Origin: Centroscyllium fabricii | Taxonomy: Eukaryota | DNA length: 64,000 nt | Assembly: GCA_051313645.2 (NCBI GenBank) | Contig: JBNRSN020000008.1 | Location: 38,440,001-38,504,000, forward strand | Direction: 5' to 3' | Shown here: positions 22,942-37,454 of the stretch, piece by piece | Layout: each line of letters opens with the position of its first letter | How positions within the stretch are numbered: position 1 is the first letter of the stretch | The notes under the pieces: model-generated | Seen by the model: only the letters and a program-made list of their open reading frames with translations | Databases searched by the model: none | Told to the model about the DNA's origin: nothing | Position numbers and translations under genes: made by a program

Positions 22942-23651
22942 GGCCCGTATTTTCCAATCTGGAAAAATCTGCGCCCTTACCTGAGGGCTCACGGACGCGC
23001 ACGTTTCCGCTCCTGGGCCTCTCCAAACTGCCGGTGCGCAGGGCCCACGTATCCCAGGGGCACAGGTAGTTCGCAGCGTCCCTGGGATCACGTGGGCCAT
23101 GGGGAGCCAATCAAAGAAGGGAATCTCCCTTCATACATTTGACAGGAAGACCTGTCAAATATATGAATGGAGATCAGCCCCAAAAACATAGTAAAACTTT
23201 AAATACATTTTTTTTAAATCACATTTTTAAAATGACTTGAAATTATAATTAATAAATTCAGAATTTTAAACAAAAAAATTATTTTTTGAAAAAAAGAATT
23301 AAAGATTTTTACGGGGCTAAAAATACTTAGCTTTTTTAAAAGTATTTTTAAATGATAAATCAGTGTAAACATTTTTTAAACTTTCTTCAACTCTTACCCC
23401 TATGTCTGCTTTTACCAGGTGTAAGAATTGTAAAGGTTTTCAGCGGGCGGAGGGTCTCCAAAAAGCGGAACTATCCGCCCGCAGAGGCCCTTCTCCCAGG
23501 CAGCCAGAGGATCTGTCAAGGCTATTCTTGACAGATCGGAAATGCTGGTTTTCAGCGCACGCGCTGTGCAGGCCTAAACCCGGCATTTCCAATGTCCCTA
23601 CAGGTGGGTACACAGCGCGCACTCGCCCCTAGGGATCGGACTATCTGGGCC
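22942..23651. mobile_element. Harbinger-like MITE (family D relative)
   Basis: GGCCC...GGGCC ends with AAT/ATT flanks; internal segments shared with the 33466 and 35151 copies. Confidence 0.65.
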
Positions 23652-23768
23652 ATTGTGTTGCGCTTCAAGTGCTGCCTCCTACAGTAACATTGCTATTTAA
23701 ATAAAGTATGGGCTTGTTTAAACTATTGGGATTTAATGAGTATTCTCATGCATCATTACTGTTTTTAA

Positions 23769-23918
<150 letters not shown>

Positions 23919-24469
23919 TGATAACTTTAGCAACAAAGTTCTTTAGGTTCTCACATGCCCGCGAGCCACTACAAATTGTTGTTTGACATTGTGGCATTGC
24001 TGTTGTGCCTGGTATGGATGGGACTGAAACTAGCAATCAATTTGAACTGGGCAATTCAGATCTATTCGCGAATCTCTTGCTTTCATCCAATTCAGAAATG
24101 TTGTATTTGGGTGGCTTAGAAAAACATCTCAGAGTGTGCTCAACTTCATTTTTGTATTTTCTCAATCTATGAATGTCTAGCTTATTTGATATATCGATGA
24201 AAGTATATTGTCAGCTTACACCCCAAAACAGTCTTTGGTCCCAAATTTCCTTGGAGTTTGAGGGTGCACATCTGTGAATCTTATCTGAAAAATATCTGAG
24301 ATAGTAGGCCTCGGGGCAAATAGTGAACCCTTATTCCATCGGGTATGCACTGGCAGTGTACAGGATTCCATTACATACTCCCGTATATCCAAATTGGTGA
24401 AAAGAAATCGCAGTGACTATAGTTTGGGCTACACTACTAATTCCAATTTATTATAAGAAGTGAAGTTAT

Positions 24470-25213
24470 ATAAGAGTACAATTCTAAAGGGGGTGCATAA
24501 ACAGAGAGACCTGGGGGTATGTGTGCACAAATTGTTGAAGGTGACAGGGCAGGTTGAGAAAGTGGTTAAAAAGCATACAGATCCTGGGCTTCATGAATAG
24601 AGGCATAGAGTACAAAAGCAAGGAAGTTCTGATGAACCTGTATAAAACACTGAATTAGCCTCAACTGGAGTATTGTGTCCAATTCTGGACACTGCACTTT
24701 AGGAAGAATGTGAAGGCCTTAGAGATGGTGCAGAAAAGATTTACAAGAATGGTTCCAGGGATGAGGGACTTCAGTTACGTGGATAGACTGGAGAAGCTGG
24801 GGTTGTTCTCCTTAGAGCAGAGAAGGTTGAGAGGAGATTTGATAGAGGTGTTCAAAATCATGAGGGGTCCAGACAGAGTAGATAGAGAGAAACTGTTCCC
24901 ATTGGCAGAAGGGTCGAGAGCCAGAGGACACAGATTTAAGGTGATTGGCAGAAGAAACAAAGGCGACATGAAGAAAAACTCTTTTACGCAGCGAGTGGTT
25001 AGGATCTGGAATGCACTGCCTGAAAGGGTGGTGGAGGCAGATTCAATCATGGCTTTCAAAAGGGAATTGGATAAGTACCTGAAGGAATTTTTTTTTGCAG
25101 GGCTATGGGGAAAGGTTGGGGGAGTGGGCCTGGCTGAAGTGCTCTTGCAGAGAGCCGGCATGGGCTCGACGGGCCGAATGGCCTCCTTCTGTGTTGTAAC
25201 CATTCTATGATTC
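24470..25213 (+). mobile_element. CR1 LINE 3' fragment
   Basis: KRFTRMVPGM...LFSLEQRRLRGDLIEVFK...FTQRVVRIWNALP; ATTCTATG tail. Confidence 0.9.
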
Positions 25214-26364
25214 TACTTTCACAGGTCCATTAATCTGTTCTCTAAGCCCAACATAAAACTTAATGCTTTTTTGATTTTTTAAATTGTTTTATCAGAACAT
25301 TTTTAACTGAAGTTATGTACTGTCGATGGACTCTAAGCACCATGGAGTTCCAGCTCACTGCTACAAAATGAAGCGAAGTGGTTGAATCATGTGAGGACAC
25401 TTTGGCTGCCACATACCTAGATCAAGTAGCTTGCTCGCACCTCTGAATAAGTCTTTCCCTTGTTAAGCAAATTTGTTGAAGAAGAACCCAATCCTTTCTC
25501 AATAAGCAGTTAGACAAGTTTTTGATCAATTATATTTTCACAATAGAGTGTGCACTGCTGGCTTTTGACATGAGGATGGATGTTGAACATCTGACTCTTG
25601 ATAGGGATTACAGAATAACACATCAATTGCTTTTTAAAACCGGGATGTCCAAGCTTTTGGCTTCATGGGTCACATAAGTACATACCATGGAACCTCAGGA
25701 GCCATATAGATTGCATTGTTGGATTCAGCGACTGGGCAAAACTGTGGCAGATGGAGTCCAACATGAGGAAGTTTGAGGCCATCCACTCTGGACTTAAGAA
25801 AGATAGATCAGAGTATATTCTAAATGGTGAGAAGCTCGGACTGAGTTGCCTGGTCCTCGAGGGACCGATGGCCAGGGCTCAGGGACCGTCTGTGACCGTA
25901 GGGCCGCACTTGGACACTCCTGCTAGGAAGGAATTTTAATTTGATTATCTGTTGTTCAAAGGGCTACAAGGGTTTTAAATGACCTGACTTTGAATTACAA
26001 CTTACAGAAATAATAATAGCTTCCTGCAGGGAGCTGCTGGCTGAATCCCATTTTAGAAAACCTAGATAACAGTTCATATAGAGAGATAAAATAACTGATT
26101 TCCATTTCACTTGACATTCGACCAGTCCTTGAATCTGCCACAATAACGTTATTTGAATGTTTTTTGTCTGTGATTATTTATGAAGTTAAAGATTTTGTCC
26201 AATAAATTGGCTCTAATATGGGTGACATGAGAATAAATTAATTCTGATACTTTTATGTTGACAAGCGAGATCAACAATTAATATTGTGTATCCCACCAAT
26301 GTTATTTTCTGATATTGTACCATCTGATATGGTTGTCTAGTTAAATATTTAATTTCATCATTTT

Positions 26365-26525
26365 AATGTCTCATCTAAAAGATAGTGCCTCCAATAGTGC
26401 AGCACTCCCTCAGTACGATACTGGAGTGTCAGCCTAGATTATGCGCTGAAGTCTCTGGAGTGGAACTTGAACCCACGACCTTCTGACTCTGAGGCAAGAA
26501 CAATACCACTGAGCCCAAGCTGACA
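26365..26525 (-). mobile_element. Deu-SINE (SacSINE1-like) tRNA-derived head
   Basis: Minus strand GGCTCAGTGG (A box) and GGTTCAAGTTCC (B box), followed by a Deu-SINE-like body. Confidence 0.55.
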
Positions 26526-26828
26526 CCTATCAAAGTTAGTTCACCAAGTCCTTAATTAATAACATAGAATTACATAGATATACAGCACAGAAACAGGCCA
26601 TTTGGCCCAACCAGTTTATGCTCCACTCGAGCTTCTTCCTGTCTTTATTCATCTAACCCTATCAGCATAACCCTCTATTCCCATCTCCCTCGTACGCTTA
26701 TCTAACCGCCCCTTAAATGCATCGATACTATTCGCTTCAACCACTCCCTGTGGTAGCGAGTTCCATATTCTCAACATTCTCTGGGTAAAGAAGTTTCTTC
26801 TGAATTCCCTATTTGATTTCTTGGTGAC

Positions 26829-29800
26829 TGTGGCGGCACGCCCACTGGGACACCGAATCCGCCACGGGAACTCCGCGGAGCAGAGCCCCGCTCATCCGGG
26901 TGACGCGACGACGTCACCACGTCTGCCTGCGTGATGACGTCACCAACGGCGGGCAGTTTAAATAAGCTTGTTGCGAGTGGTTCACTCTCTTTCCTGTTTA
27001 ACTCTTATGCATTAAACAAGTGTTTTCTCTAGCTCTCTGGCTCACGCGTGGTTTCTAGGCCTTGCTGGCGCTACAGTGGTGACCCCGAATTGGAACGACT
27101 TCCAAGTAAAAAAAGCTGCCGCAGGATCAAGGATCACCAGCCAAAGAACATTTTAAAACAGAAAACATGGCAAGAGCAAGGAACCAAGCTCCACGAACCC
27201 AAGGACTTGGCCAGAACTTCGGACACAGACTAACTCTACCGGAGTTCTGGGAGCAACGGCCAGCGGCCTGGTTTATGTGCATCGAAACCAGCTGCCGCAC
27301 ACATGGCATCCAGGGGGACGACCGCTACGACCTGGTGTTCTCAGCCCTACCGCAATCGACGATCGATCGGATGTGGTCAAAAATACAGCGTGTGCCCACT
27401 ACAGGCAGGTACGAATCCCTTAAGGCCGCGCTCATAATTTTTTTTACCCCCTCTCAATTCGAGCGTGACTGCCAGCTCCTTGACCTCCCCGAACTCGGGG
27501 ACGCAGACCCATCGGACCTTTTAGGTCAGATGCAAGCGCTCACCGCCAATCCCGCCTCCCTGTTCCGCACCGTTTTCCTCCTCAAATGCCCCGCTCCATC
27601 AGACCGGCCTTGGCGGCCCTTGGCCAGCGGAGCGACGACGAGCTCGCTGAGGAGGCCGACAGGCTCATGGAGGCACAGCGCACCCGCTCAACCACGTGCG
27701 ACCCTAACTCGGCATCCATAGAGCGCAACCAATCGCCCCCCAGGCCTAACTTCATGCCTGAACCTAGGGCCCCGCGCCCACCCAGGCAACCGCGTCCCTC
27801 TAGCACCGGCTGGTGCTACTACCACACGCGGTTCGATAATAAAGCGCACCGCTGCGTCCAGCCATGCGCATTCAAGCCACGGCCCACCTCAACCCCCACT
27901 ATGTCTGTAGGACACACAGGAGCACTGCTCTTTGTTACAGACAGCGGCACAGGCCTCCAATTCCTCTGCGACACAGGCGCACAGCACAGCATCGTGCCAG
28001 CCTCCCCTGCAGAAACCAAACAAGGCACCCGGGGCCCGCCACTCGCAGCGGCCAACGGCTCCAATATCAAAACGTACGGCACCCGCAAGCTCACGATTAC
28101 GCTCGCAAGCCACACGTACACCTGGGACTTTGTTACAGCCCAGGTCACTTCACCCCTTCTCGGAGCAGATTTCCTCTGCGCCTACGGCCTGCTGGTCGAT
28201 ATGACCCGGCGCCGCTTGGTCAACATGAATAACATGTCGACCATCCCATGCTTCACAGGGCCCGCACTCCTGGTCCACGCGGCCGCCCAATGCCGCTCTC
28301 GGAACTCCAATGCCTACGGCACACTCCTAGCAGAGTTCCCCGCCCTAACCAACCCCACGTTCACCGCCCGCCGGGCCAAACACGGGGTAGAACACTTTAT
28401 AACTACCACAGGCCCTCCCGTCCATGCCCACGCCCGCAGGCTCGACCCGGCCAAACAGGAGATCGCGCGCACCGAGTTCCGCACCATGGAGCACCTCGGT
28501 ATAATCCGCCGCTCCAACAGCCCCTGGGCCTCTCCTCTCCACATAGCCCCCAAGCCAGACGGGGGTTGGCGCCCCTGCGGCGACTACCGCCGCCTAAACA
28601 ACGCCACTACCCCGGATAGGTACCCCGTACCCCACATCCAGGATTTTTCCACCAGATTAGCGGGCTGTACGATCTTCTCCAAGATCGACCTGGTGCGTGG
28701 CTACCACCAGGTTCCGGTGCACCCGGCGGACATCCCTAAAACGGCCGTTATCACTCCCTTTGGGCTCTTCGAGTTTCTCAGGATGCCCTTCGGCCTTAAA
28801 AACGCGGCCCAGGCCTTCCAGCGCCTCATGGACTCGGTCCTACGGGACTTGAAGTTCATTTTCGTCTACTTAGACGACATCCTCGTGGCCAGCACCTCCC
28901 CCCAGGAACACCTCCTGCACCTCAGGACCCTGTTCCAGCGCCTGGCCGAACACGGCCTTATATTAAGCCCTACCAAGTGCAAATTCGGCCTCCAAACCAT
29001 TGAGTTCCTCGGCCACCGCATTTCCCAAACCGGGGCCATACCCCTGCCCTCCAAGGTGCAGGCGGTACAGGAATTCCCCTGCCCGCACTCCATTAAAGGG
29101 CTGCAGGAATTTCTGGGGATGGTCAATTTTTATAACCGCTTTATCCCGGGAGCAGCCGCTCTCATGGCCCCCTTATACCAGGCCACCCGCGGGCAGTCCA
29201 ACAAGGCTGCGGTTGAGTGGACGGCCGACGCCGCCACCGCCTTCACCGCAACTGAAACCGCCCTGGCTAACGCCACCCTCCTAGCCCACCCTAGGCCCAA
29301 CGCCAGAGTAGCCCTCACCACCGACGCCTCCGACCACGCGGTCGGGGCCGTATTTGAGCAGTGGACCGGCAACTCGTGGCAGCCCCTGGCCTTTTTCAGC
29401 TGGCAACTCCGGCCCCCAGAGGTCAAGTACAGCGCCTTCGATAGGGAGCTCCTCGCTCTCCATCTGGCATTGCGACATTTTCACTTCCTCTTGGAGGGCC
29501 GCCACTTCACAGCCTTCGTCGACCATAAGCCACTCACCTTCGCGATGGCTAAGATCGCCGAACCCTGGTCGGCCAGGCAGCAGCGCCAACTCGCGGCCAT
29601 GTTGGAATTTACGACCGACATTCAGCATATCTCCGGCCGCGATAACGTGGTCGCTGACTGCCTCTCACGCCCCACCATTAACGCCACCCAAATGGCGGTT
29701 GATTACGCCTAGCTGGCCGCTGACCAGCTGGCCGACCCTGACCTGCTCAACTCAGCAGCAAATCTCCCTGGCCTCCACTTGGCCAATATCACGCACGGCC

Positions 29801-31283
29801 CCGCTGCCACCGTCGTCTGCTGCGACGTATCCCTGCCGCAGCCCAGGCCCGTTGTCCCCCACGCTTGGAGGCGACACATTTTCAAGACCCTCCATGACCT
29901 GTCCCACCCCGGCACCCGCGCGTCCATCAAACTTATCTCGGCCCGGTTCGTATGGCGCGGCCTGCGCAAGGATGTCCGCGCCTGGGCCAACTCCTGCATT
30001 GCCTGCCAGCGCTCCAAAGTGCATAAGCACATCAGGGCACCGCTGGAAACTTTTAAAGTGCCGGCCAGACGCTTTGACCACGTCCACATTGATCTCGTCG
30101 GGCCACTACCGCCATCCCGGGGCCACACGCACGTAATGACCATGGTCGACCGCAACACTCGCTGGCCAGAAGCAGTCCCCCTCACTGCCACCGGCACCAC
30201 AGACTTGGCCAGGGCGTTCATCGCCACCTGGGTCGCCCGCTTCGGCATGCCCACCGACATCACCTCCAACAGAGGACCCCAGTTCACGTCAGCACTATGG
30301 GCGGCCATCGCCCACGACCTCGGGGTAACCCTACATCGAACCACCGCATACCACCCACAAGCGAACGGGCTCTGCAAATGGTTCCACCGCTCAATGAAGG
30401 CATCACTGCGAGCCACACTCAAGGACGCGTCTTGGACCGACCGTCTCCCATGGGTTCTCCTCGGGCTGCGCTTGGCAGTTAAAGGGGACCTAAATGCCTC
30501 AGCAGCAGAACTTGTCTACGGCCAAGCCCTAACAGTGCCGGGCGAATTTCTAGCCGAGCCAAACGCTCCCTGGTCAGCCGACCAGTATTTAAAAGACTTT
30601 GCCAACCCGGCACGAGCTTTCCAGCCACTACCAGTGGCCCGGCATGGAGAGCCGGCAGCACGAGTGCCGGACGGCATCAAAAACGCAAAATTCGTGTTTG
30701 TCCGGCGCAACGGACACCGATCTCCACTACAGGATCCATACGATGGCCCCTATAGAGTGCTTCGGGCGGGAGCTAAAGCTTTCCAGCTTCAAATGGGCAA
30801 CAGGACAGAAACTGTTACAATAGACCGGCTCAAGCCGGCACACGTTATAGCGGGCGAGACGACTGTCCCCGCACAGCCACCACAACGCGGTCGCCCTCCC
30901 GCAACAACACCTGCCCACACTCCACCGCAGAACCAGAAGCAACACGCAACACGGGCTGGCCGCATCATCCGGCCACCCCAACGGCTCACATAGACTCTTT
31001 TTCTATTACTCCCGGACGGATTCTGGGGGGGAGCTGTGTGGCGGCACGCCCACTGGGACACCGAATCCGCCACGGGAACTCCGCGGAGCAGAGCCCCGCT
31101 CATCCGGGTGACGCGACGACGTCACCACGTCTGCCTGCGTGATGACGTCACCAACGGCGGGCAGTTTAAATAAGCTTGTTGCGAGTGGTTCACTCTCTTT
31201 CCTGTTTAACTCTTATGCATTAAACAAGTGTTTTTTCTAGCTCTCTGGCTCACGCGTGGTTTCTAGGCCTTGCTGGCGCTACA
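26829..31283 (+). mobile_element. Gypsy LTR retrotransposon, CsRn1 clade
   Basis: 247-bp LTRs (26829-27075, 31037-31283; 1 mismatch seen), 4-bp TSD TGAC, tRNA-Trp PBS TGGTGACCCCGA at 27077, G-rich PPT, CHCC Gag motif [18 protein letters not shown]. Confidence 0.97.
27167..30993 (+). pseudogene. CsRn1-type gag-pol with a frameshift near 27585 and an in-frame TAG at 29710
   Basis: Protease LCDTGA, RT YLDD, RNase H TTDAS, integrase HHCC and GPY module; two integrase catalytic residues mutated. Confidence 0.93.
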
Positions 31284-31337
31284 TGACTATCTTATATTGA
31301 TGGCCTCTAGTTTTGCTCTTCCCCACAAGTGGAAACA

Positions 31338-32266
31338 GGGGGGGATTTTCCTTGGGCCGTGAGGGCGGGTTTCCGGTGGAGCGGGGCCTAAAATCCCCAA
31401 ACCGGGGGGGTCCCGAGCCTTCCCGCCGGATCCCCGCCGCTTTCTGGCAGCGTGTCCAGCCGACCCGAATCTTTCCCGCCCGCCACCAGCGGGGTGATCG
31501 TTGAGGTAATTAGGGGCCCTTAATTGACATGGGTAATCCCATTTTAAGGGCCCCTCATGATTTTTAAGCCCTTCCCACCCATTTCCCACCATCCTGAAAC
31601 CCCGCCGGTGAAAGCTAGCGGGATCTCAGTTGGCTTGGTCACTTTCACCTTCAAGGCATTGAAGGACCTACAGCAGAATGCCTTCCAGGCCTTCAACACC
31701 CTGGAGGTGTAAGTGACTCACTTGGGTGAAGACCAGCTGTGGAGAAAACACTGAAAAGACTTAAAATGATAACAAAATACTGCAGATGCTGGAAATCCGA
31801 AATAACAACATAAAATGTTGGAAAAACTCAGAAGTTCAGGCAACATCCATAAGAGAGAAATAGGAGTCAACGTATCAAAAAGACTTACATTGACAGATGC
31901 TGCAATGCTTCATAGAGAGACGGCCCCTCACTGTGAAAGCTTTGCAGCGTGTCCTTAGACCTGTCACTCAACCCACTTGGGCTTTGAGATTGGTTGCACT
32001 CCATTGTGATGTCACAATGTACTGTTTCCATAGAAACTATCAACACACAGTCCCTAGAACTGCCAATCAAACCTCCGGCTGTCATCTGCAGGCCGCTGCT
32101 TTCCGACTAGAAATTGTGTATTGGCAGGGGCTTCCCACACGCAGGCAATTAATTGGCCAATTAAGCCAAAATTGCATGGGGTTCCCAGGCCCTCAAACAT
32201 TCGTGTCAGAAAACTGACACGCCCAAAACCCACCAGCTTCCTACACCTTTGCGAACGCCCCCCCCC
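31338..32266. mobile_element. Harbinger-like MITE (family B)
   Basis: G-run and C-run termini; interrupts a CR1; reverse complement of 40511-41257. Confidence 0.75.
31764..31876 (-). mobile_element. Penelope-derived mini-insert inside the MITE
   Basis: 10-bp duplication AAAAGACTTA (31754-31763 / 31877-31886); absent from the homologous position near 40825. Confidence 0.75.
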
Positions 32267-33465
32267 TCTCTCTGTATCTACTCTATCAAAACCTTTCATG
32301 ATTTTAAAGACCTCTATCAGGTCACCCCATTTATCACATTTATCTGTGTTGAATTTCATTTGCCAATTATATGCCCATTTTGCAAGTTTATTAATGTCTT
32401 CTTGTAATTTGTTGCAGTCCTCCTCAGTATTGACTATCCTCCGCAATTTGGTGTCATCCGCAAATTTAGAAATTGTGTTTTGGATTCCAAAGTCTAAATC
32501 GTTAATATATATTGTGAACAACCGTGGTCCCAGCACTGGTCCTTGTGGAACACCACTTCCCACCTTCTGCCACTGTGAATAGCGAGCCTTTACCCCTACT
32601 CTCTGCTTTTTGTCTTGAAGCCAGCTAGCTATCCATTCTGCCCTGACTCCGCACTCCCTGACCTTATTCAGTAGTCTATTATGTGATACCTTATCGAAGG
32701 CCTTTTCAAAATCTAGATAAATTACATCTACCGCATTACCCTTGTCTACTCTCTCTGTTACCTCTTCAAAAATTTCAGTGAGGTTGGTCAAGCAAGACTT
32801 TCCCTTTTGAAATCCATGCTGACTATTTATTGTTATATTTTTCATTTCTAGATGTTCTTCTATTTGCTCCTTTAGTAGGGATTCCATTAATTATCCTACC
32901 ACTGATATATAGCTGACTGGCCAAAGGTTCCCTGGACATGTTCTATCTCCCTTATTAAATAGAGGTATTATGTTTGCTATTCGCCAGTCCTCTGGCACTA
33001 CAGCTTTTCCTAAGGAATTACGGAATATGTGTAATAATGCCTCTGCTATTTCTTCCCTAGATGCTTTTAAAATGCGTGGTTGTAATCCAGGGGTTTATCC
33101 TCTTTGAGTTTCATTAGTTTATTTAGTATATCTCCTCGTTTTATTTTAATGCAATTCACTCATTACTAATCTCATCATTCGATGTCATCTCCACCTGTTC
33201 TATCTCCCTGGTAAGTACTGAAGCAAAGTAATTATGTCCCTCTGCCTGTGGTATTATCCTCTCCATCCCTTCGTGGCCCTATTCCCATCCTGGCCTTCCT
33301 TTTATTATTGATGTGCCTGCAAAATATTTTACTGTTTTGTTTTATGTTCCTTGATAATTTAATTTCATAGTTCCTCTTTGGCTTCGTAATTGTTTTTTTG
33401 ACTTCTCTCCTAATCCATTCATATTCTCCCTTATCATGCTCTCCCCTTCTGTCCAAGTACTTAAT

Positions 33466-34176
33466 GGGCCAGAAATTCGGGTTGGCGGCTTCCCGCGAGT
33501 GCAAGCCTCCAACCCACACTTACGGAGCGCACAGAACATTCTCCTCTACTGGGATTTGAAATCCCGATTTCTGGCCCAGCTCCAAGCCCCACACGCCGCG
33601 CTGAGGCAACTCAGCGTCGGAGATAGTGCGAGGCTCCGCGTGGGACCACGTGGTCCGCGGGGAGCCTATCGGAGCAAAGAATGCTCCATTCATAAAACAA
33701 GAGCCCCAAAAACACACTAAACATTAAAATACATTTTTAAAAACCATCACATTTTTTAAAATTACTATAACGAACATAAATTAGCTATTTTTTTTTTTTT
33801 TAAATGATTATTTTTTTTAACCTGTCTAAAAACAACTTTATTTAAAAATGAAAAACCTGTGGAAAAAAATGTTTACATTGAATAAAATAAAGACTTACCT
33901 GATGAAAAGGGGTCGTTACGGCTGATATTTTCATCCGTAACTTTCCCGAACCATACCCTGATAAAAAAGTTAGAAAAAAATTGCGATTTCAGTGCGCACC
34001 TCCTACTGCGCAGGCCAACGCGCTCCGGCTCCTGACCCCTTCTAACAGGGGATCGGAATTTCCAGTTTCGTGCGCATGCGCGGTGCATGCCAGAAACCGG
34101 CAATTCCGATGGCCCGACGCGTGAGTACACCGTCCGTATTCACGCGTTGGGCCCCGGGGCCATCGGAATTTCTGGG
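33466..34176. mobile_element. Harbinger-like MITE (family D)
   Basis: GGGCCAGAAATTC / GGAATTTCTGG ends; AAT TSD inside the CR1. Confidence 0.78.
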
Positions 34177-34248
34177 AATGTATGCCTCTTTTCTTACCCT
34201 CAATTTTTCACTATGGCTTTATTCATCCACGGTGTCTCATTAGTGTTT

Positions 34249-34641
34249 AACATAGAAGATAGGAGCAGGAGTAGGCCATTCAGCCCTTCGAGCCTGCTCT
34301 GCCATTCAACGAGATCATGGCCAATCATCCAAACCCAGTGCCCTGTCCCTGCCCTCTCCTCATATCCCTTGATCGCTATCGAGCCTGCACCGACACATAT
34401 CCCACCCTATCGCCGTAACCCCATATATTCAGTCCCCCCAACACTAAGGGTCAATTTATCCTGGCCAATCAACCTAACCCGCACATCTTTGGACTGTGGG
34501 AGGAAACCGGAGCACCCGGAGGAAACCCACGCAGACACGGGGAGAATGTGCAAACTCCACACAGATAGTACCCGAGGCCGGATTTGAACCCGGGTCTCCA
34601 GTGCTGTGAGGCAACAGTGCTAACCACTATGCCACCGTGCC
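34249..34641 (-). mobile_element. HE1-type V-SINE
   Basis: Full copy with A and B boxes, V-domain and CR1 tail. Confidence 0.9.
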
Positions 34642-35150
34642 GTTTAGCTTGGTCTTGTTTATTAGCGGAAAATATTTTTCCTGGACTCTGTTGAACACTG
34701 TTTTAAATGTTTCCCATTGCTGTTCTACATCATTGTTTGCCAATACTATTGTCCATTTTATTTTCCCAAGTGCTATTCTAAGCCCCTCAAAATCAGCTTT
34801 TCTCCAACCTATTACCCTGGTCTTTGTCATGTCTATGTCCTTCTCAATTTATTATCTTAAAATGTTACTAGATCCCCATTACTAGATCCAATAGCAAATC
34901 CTCCCTTGTTGGGCTTTTTGCATACTGGGTTAGAAAGGAGTCTTGTACACATTGTAGGAACTCCATTCCCTTATCCCCTTTACCTACCTCTTCTGTCCAA
35001 ATAATATCTGAGTATTTGAAATCTCCCATGATTATTATTCTATGCCATTTTACTAATTTTCCTAATTTGTTTGCATATTTCTTGCTCCACCTCCCTTCCA
35101 CTATTAGATGGTCTGTAGACCACCTCTATTAGTGTGATTAATCCTTTGTT

Positions 35151-35895
35151 GGTCCAGAAATTACCCTCCGATGCTTGCTGCACTTACGGAGCGCACCTGC
35201 CGTTGTTCTCTTTTTGGATTTGAAATCCCGATTTTCTGGCCGGCTCCAAGCTCCACGCGCCGTGCTGAGGCAACTCAGCGTCGCAGTTAGTGGGCAAGCT
35301 CCGCGCGGGACCACATGGTCCGCGGGAGCCAATCACTAACAAGGATCCTCCATTCATAACTTTGACAGACAGATCTGTCAAAGTTAATGAATTACAAGAG
35401 CCCCAAAAACACACTAAACAATAAAATAATTTTTTTTAAAACACCACATTTTATAACATTACTATTCCTAACATAAATTACCTGTTTTAAAGAAAAAATA
35501 AAAATTTAGATTTTTTAAAAAAAGTTTTTAACTGGCCTAAAAGAATACTTAGCTGTCTTTAAAGTTAAAAAAAATTAGAAACCTGTTGAAAAAAATACTT
35601 AAATTCTATAAAATAAAGACTTACCTGCTAAAAACAGGTGGTTGCGGCTGATATTTTTCAGCGTAAAATCTTCAATACTTACCCCGATAAAAAACTTGGA
35701 ATAAAATCAGAATTCCACTGCGCACCTCGTGGTGCGCAGGCGAACGCAATCCAGCCAGCTGCAGCTCGCGATCCCCCGCTGGCCGTCATCGTGATTACAG
35801 GTAGCAGCGGGAAACGGCTGCTACCTGCAATTCGGAGCCAAGGTGCGTGAGTACCCGGCTCAAAGACCTCCTGCAGTCACCCTAGTTTTTGGGCC
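35151..35895. mobile_element. Harbinger-like MITE (family D)
   Basis: GGTCCAGAAATT...TTTTTGGGCC ends; body homologous to 33466-34176. Confidence 0.72.
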
Positions 35896-36337
35896 ATTAT
35901 CTTTTATCTCTATCCACATGGATTCTACTTCTGTCTTGCTGGTAACTGCTCCAGTTTTTTCTACTGCCATTATGTTATCCCTAAAAAGTATACATACTCC
36001 ACCTTCCCTTTTCCCCTCTCTATCTTTTCTAAATATGTTAGAGCGTGCAATGTTTAATTCCCAGTCCTGATTTTCCTGTAGCCATGTCTCAGTAATCCCT
36101 ACTATGTCTGGTTCCTCACAACGCATGATTGCCTCATTTTATTGCGGACACTGTGTGCATTGCTGTAGAAACAGATTAACTCATTTTTAACAGCAGTTCC
36201 TCTCACTTTATTATTAACCATCTTTTTAAACTCCTGTTCTATAACTCTGGCCCAGAAATTCCGGTTGGAGGCTTCCCACGGGCGTAAGCCCCCGACCTGC
36301 ACAAACGAACCGCGCCGACTGTAATGCTCTGGGACGG

Positions 36338-37340
36338 CATAGAATTAGAAACATAGAAGATAGGAGCAGGAGTAGGCCATTCGGCCCCTCGAGCCTGCTG
36401 CGCCATTCGATGAGATCATGGCTGATCATCCAAACTCAGTACCCCGTACCTGCCTTCTCCCCAGATCCCTTAATACCTTTAGCTCTAAGAAATATATCTA
36501 ACTCCTTCTTGAATATATTTAATGACTTGGCCTCAACTACATTCTGTGGTAGAGAATTCCACAGGTTCACCACTCTCTGGGTGAAGAAATTCTTCCTCAT
36601 CTCTGTCCTGAATGGCTTACCCCTTATACTTAGACTATGACCCCTGGTTCTGGACTCTTTGACCATCGGGAACATTCTTCCTGCATCTAGAGATCCCCTC
36701 TCATTCTTCAAAACTCCAGCGAGTATAAGCCCAATCGACCCAATCTCTCCTCATATGTCATTCCTGCCATCCCAGGTATCAGCCTTGTGAATCTTCGCTG
36801 AACTCCTTCCATGGCAAGAACATCCTTCCTCAGCTAAGGCGACCAAAACAACACACAGTACTCAAGGTGTGGTCTCATCAAGGCCCTTTACAACTGCAGC
36901 AGGACATCCTTGTTCCTGTACTCAAACCCCTTCGCTATGAAGGCCAACATACCATTTGCCTTCTTCACCGCCTGCTGCACCTGCATGCTTACCTTCAGCG
37001 ACTGGTGCACAAGAACACCCAGGTCTCATTGCATTTCCCCTTCTCCCAATCTATTGCCATTCAGATAATAGTCTGCCTTTCTGTTTTTGACACCAAAGTG
37101 GATAACCTCGCATTTATCCACATTATATTGCATCTGCCATGCTTCTGCCCAATCACCCAACCTGTCCAAATCATCCTCGAGTTTCTCGGTATCCTCCTCG
37201 CAGCACAAACACCCACCCAGCTTTGTGAAATCTGCAAACTTGGAGATATTACAACTAGTTCCCTTATCTAGATAATTAATAATGTATATTGTGAATAGCT
37301 GGGGTCCAAGGACCGATCCCTGTGGTACCTCACTAGTCAC
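36338..37340 (-). mobile_element. CR1 3' fragment nested in a family-D MITE remnant (36249-37378)
   Basis: SEVPQGSVLGP, FADFTKL, RGKPFRTEMRKNFFTQRV; same subfamily as 51521-53415. Confidence 0.88.
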
Positions 37341-37454
37341 AGCGTGTACACACCTGTAGGGAATGGAATTTTGGGGCCCTATTTATTCCCTAACCATCAA
37401 TGTCCTCCCTTACTTTAATCTTTCCTATGCTCTTCTTTCCTGTTTTGTTTATAT

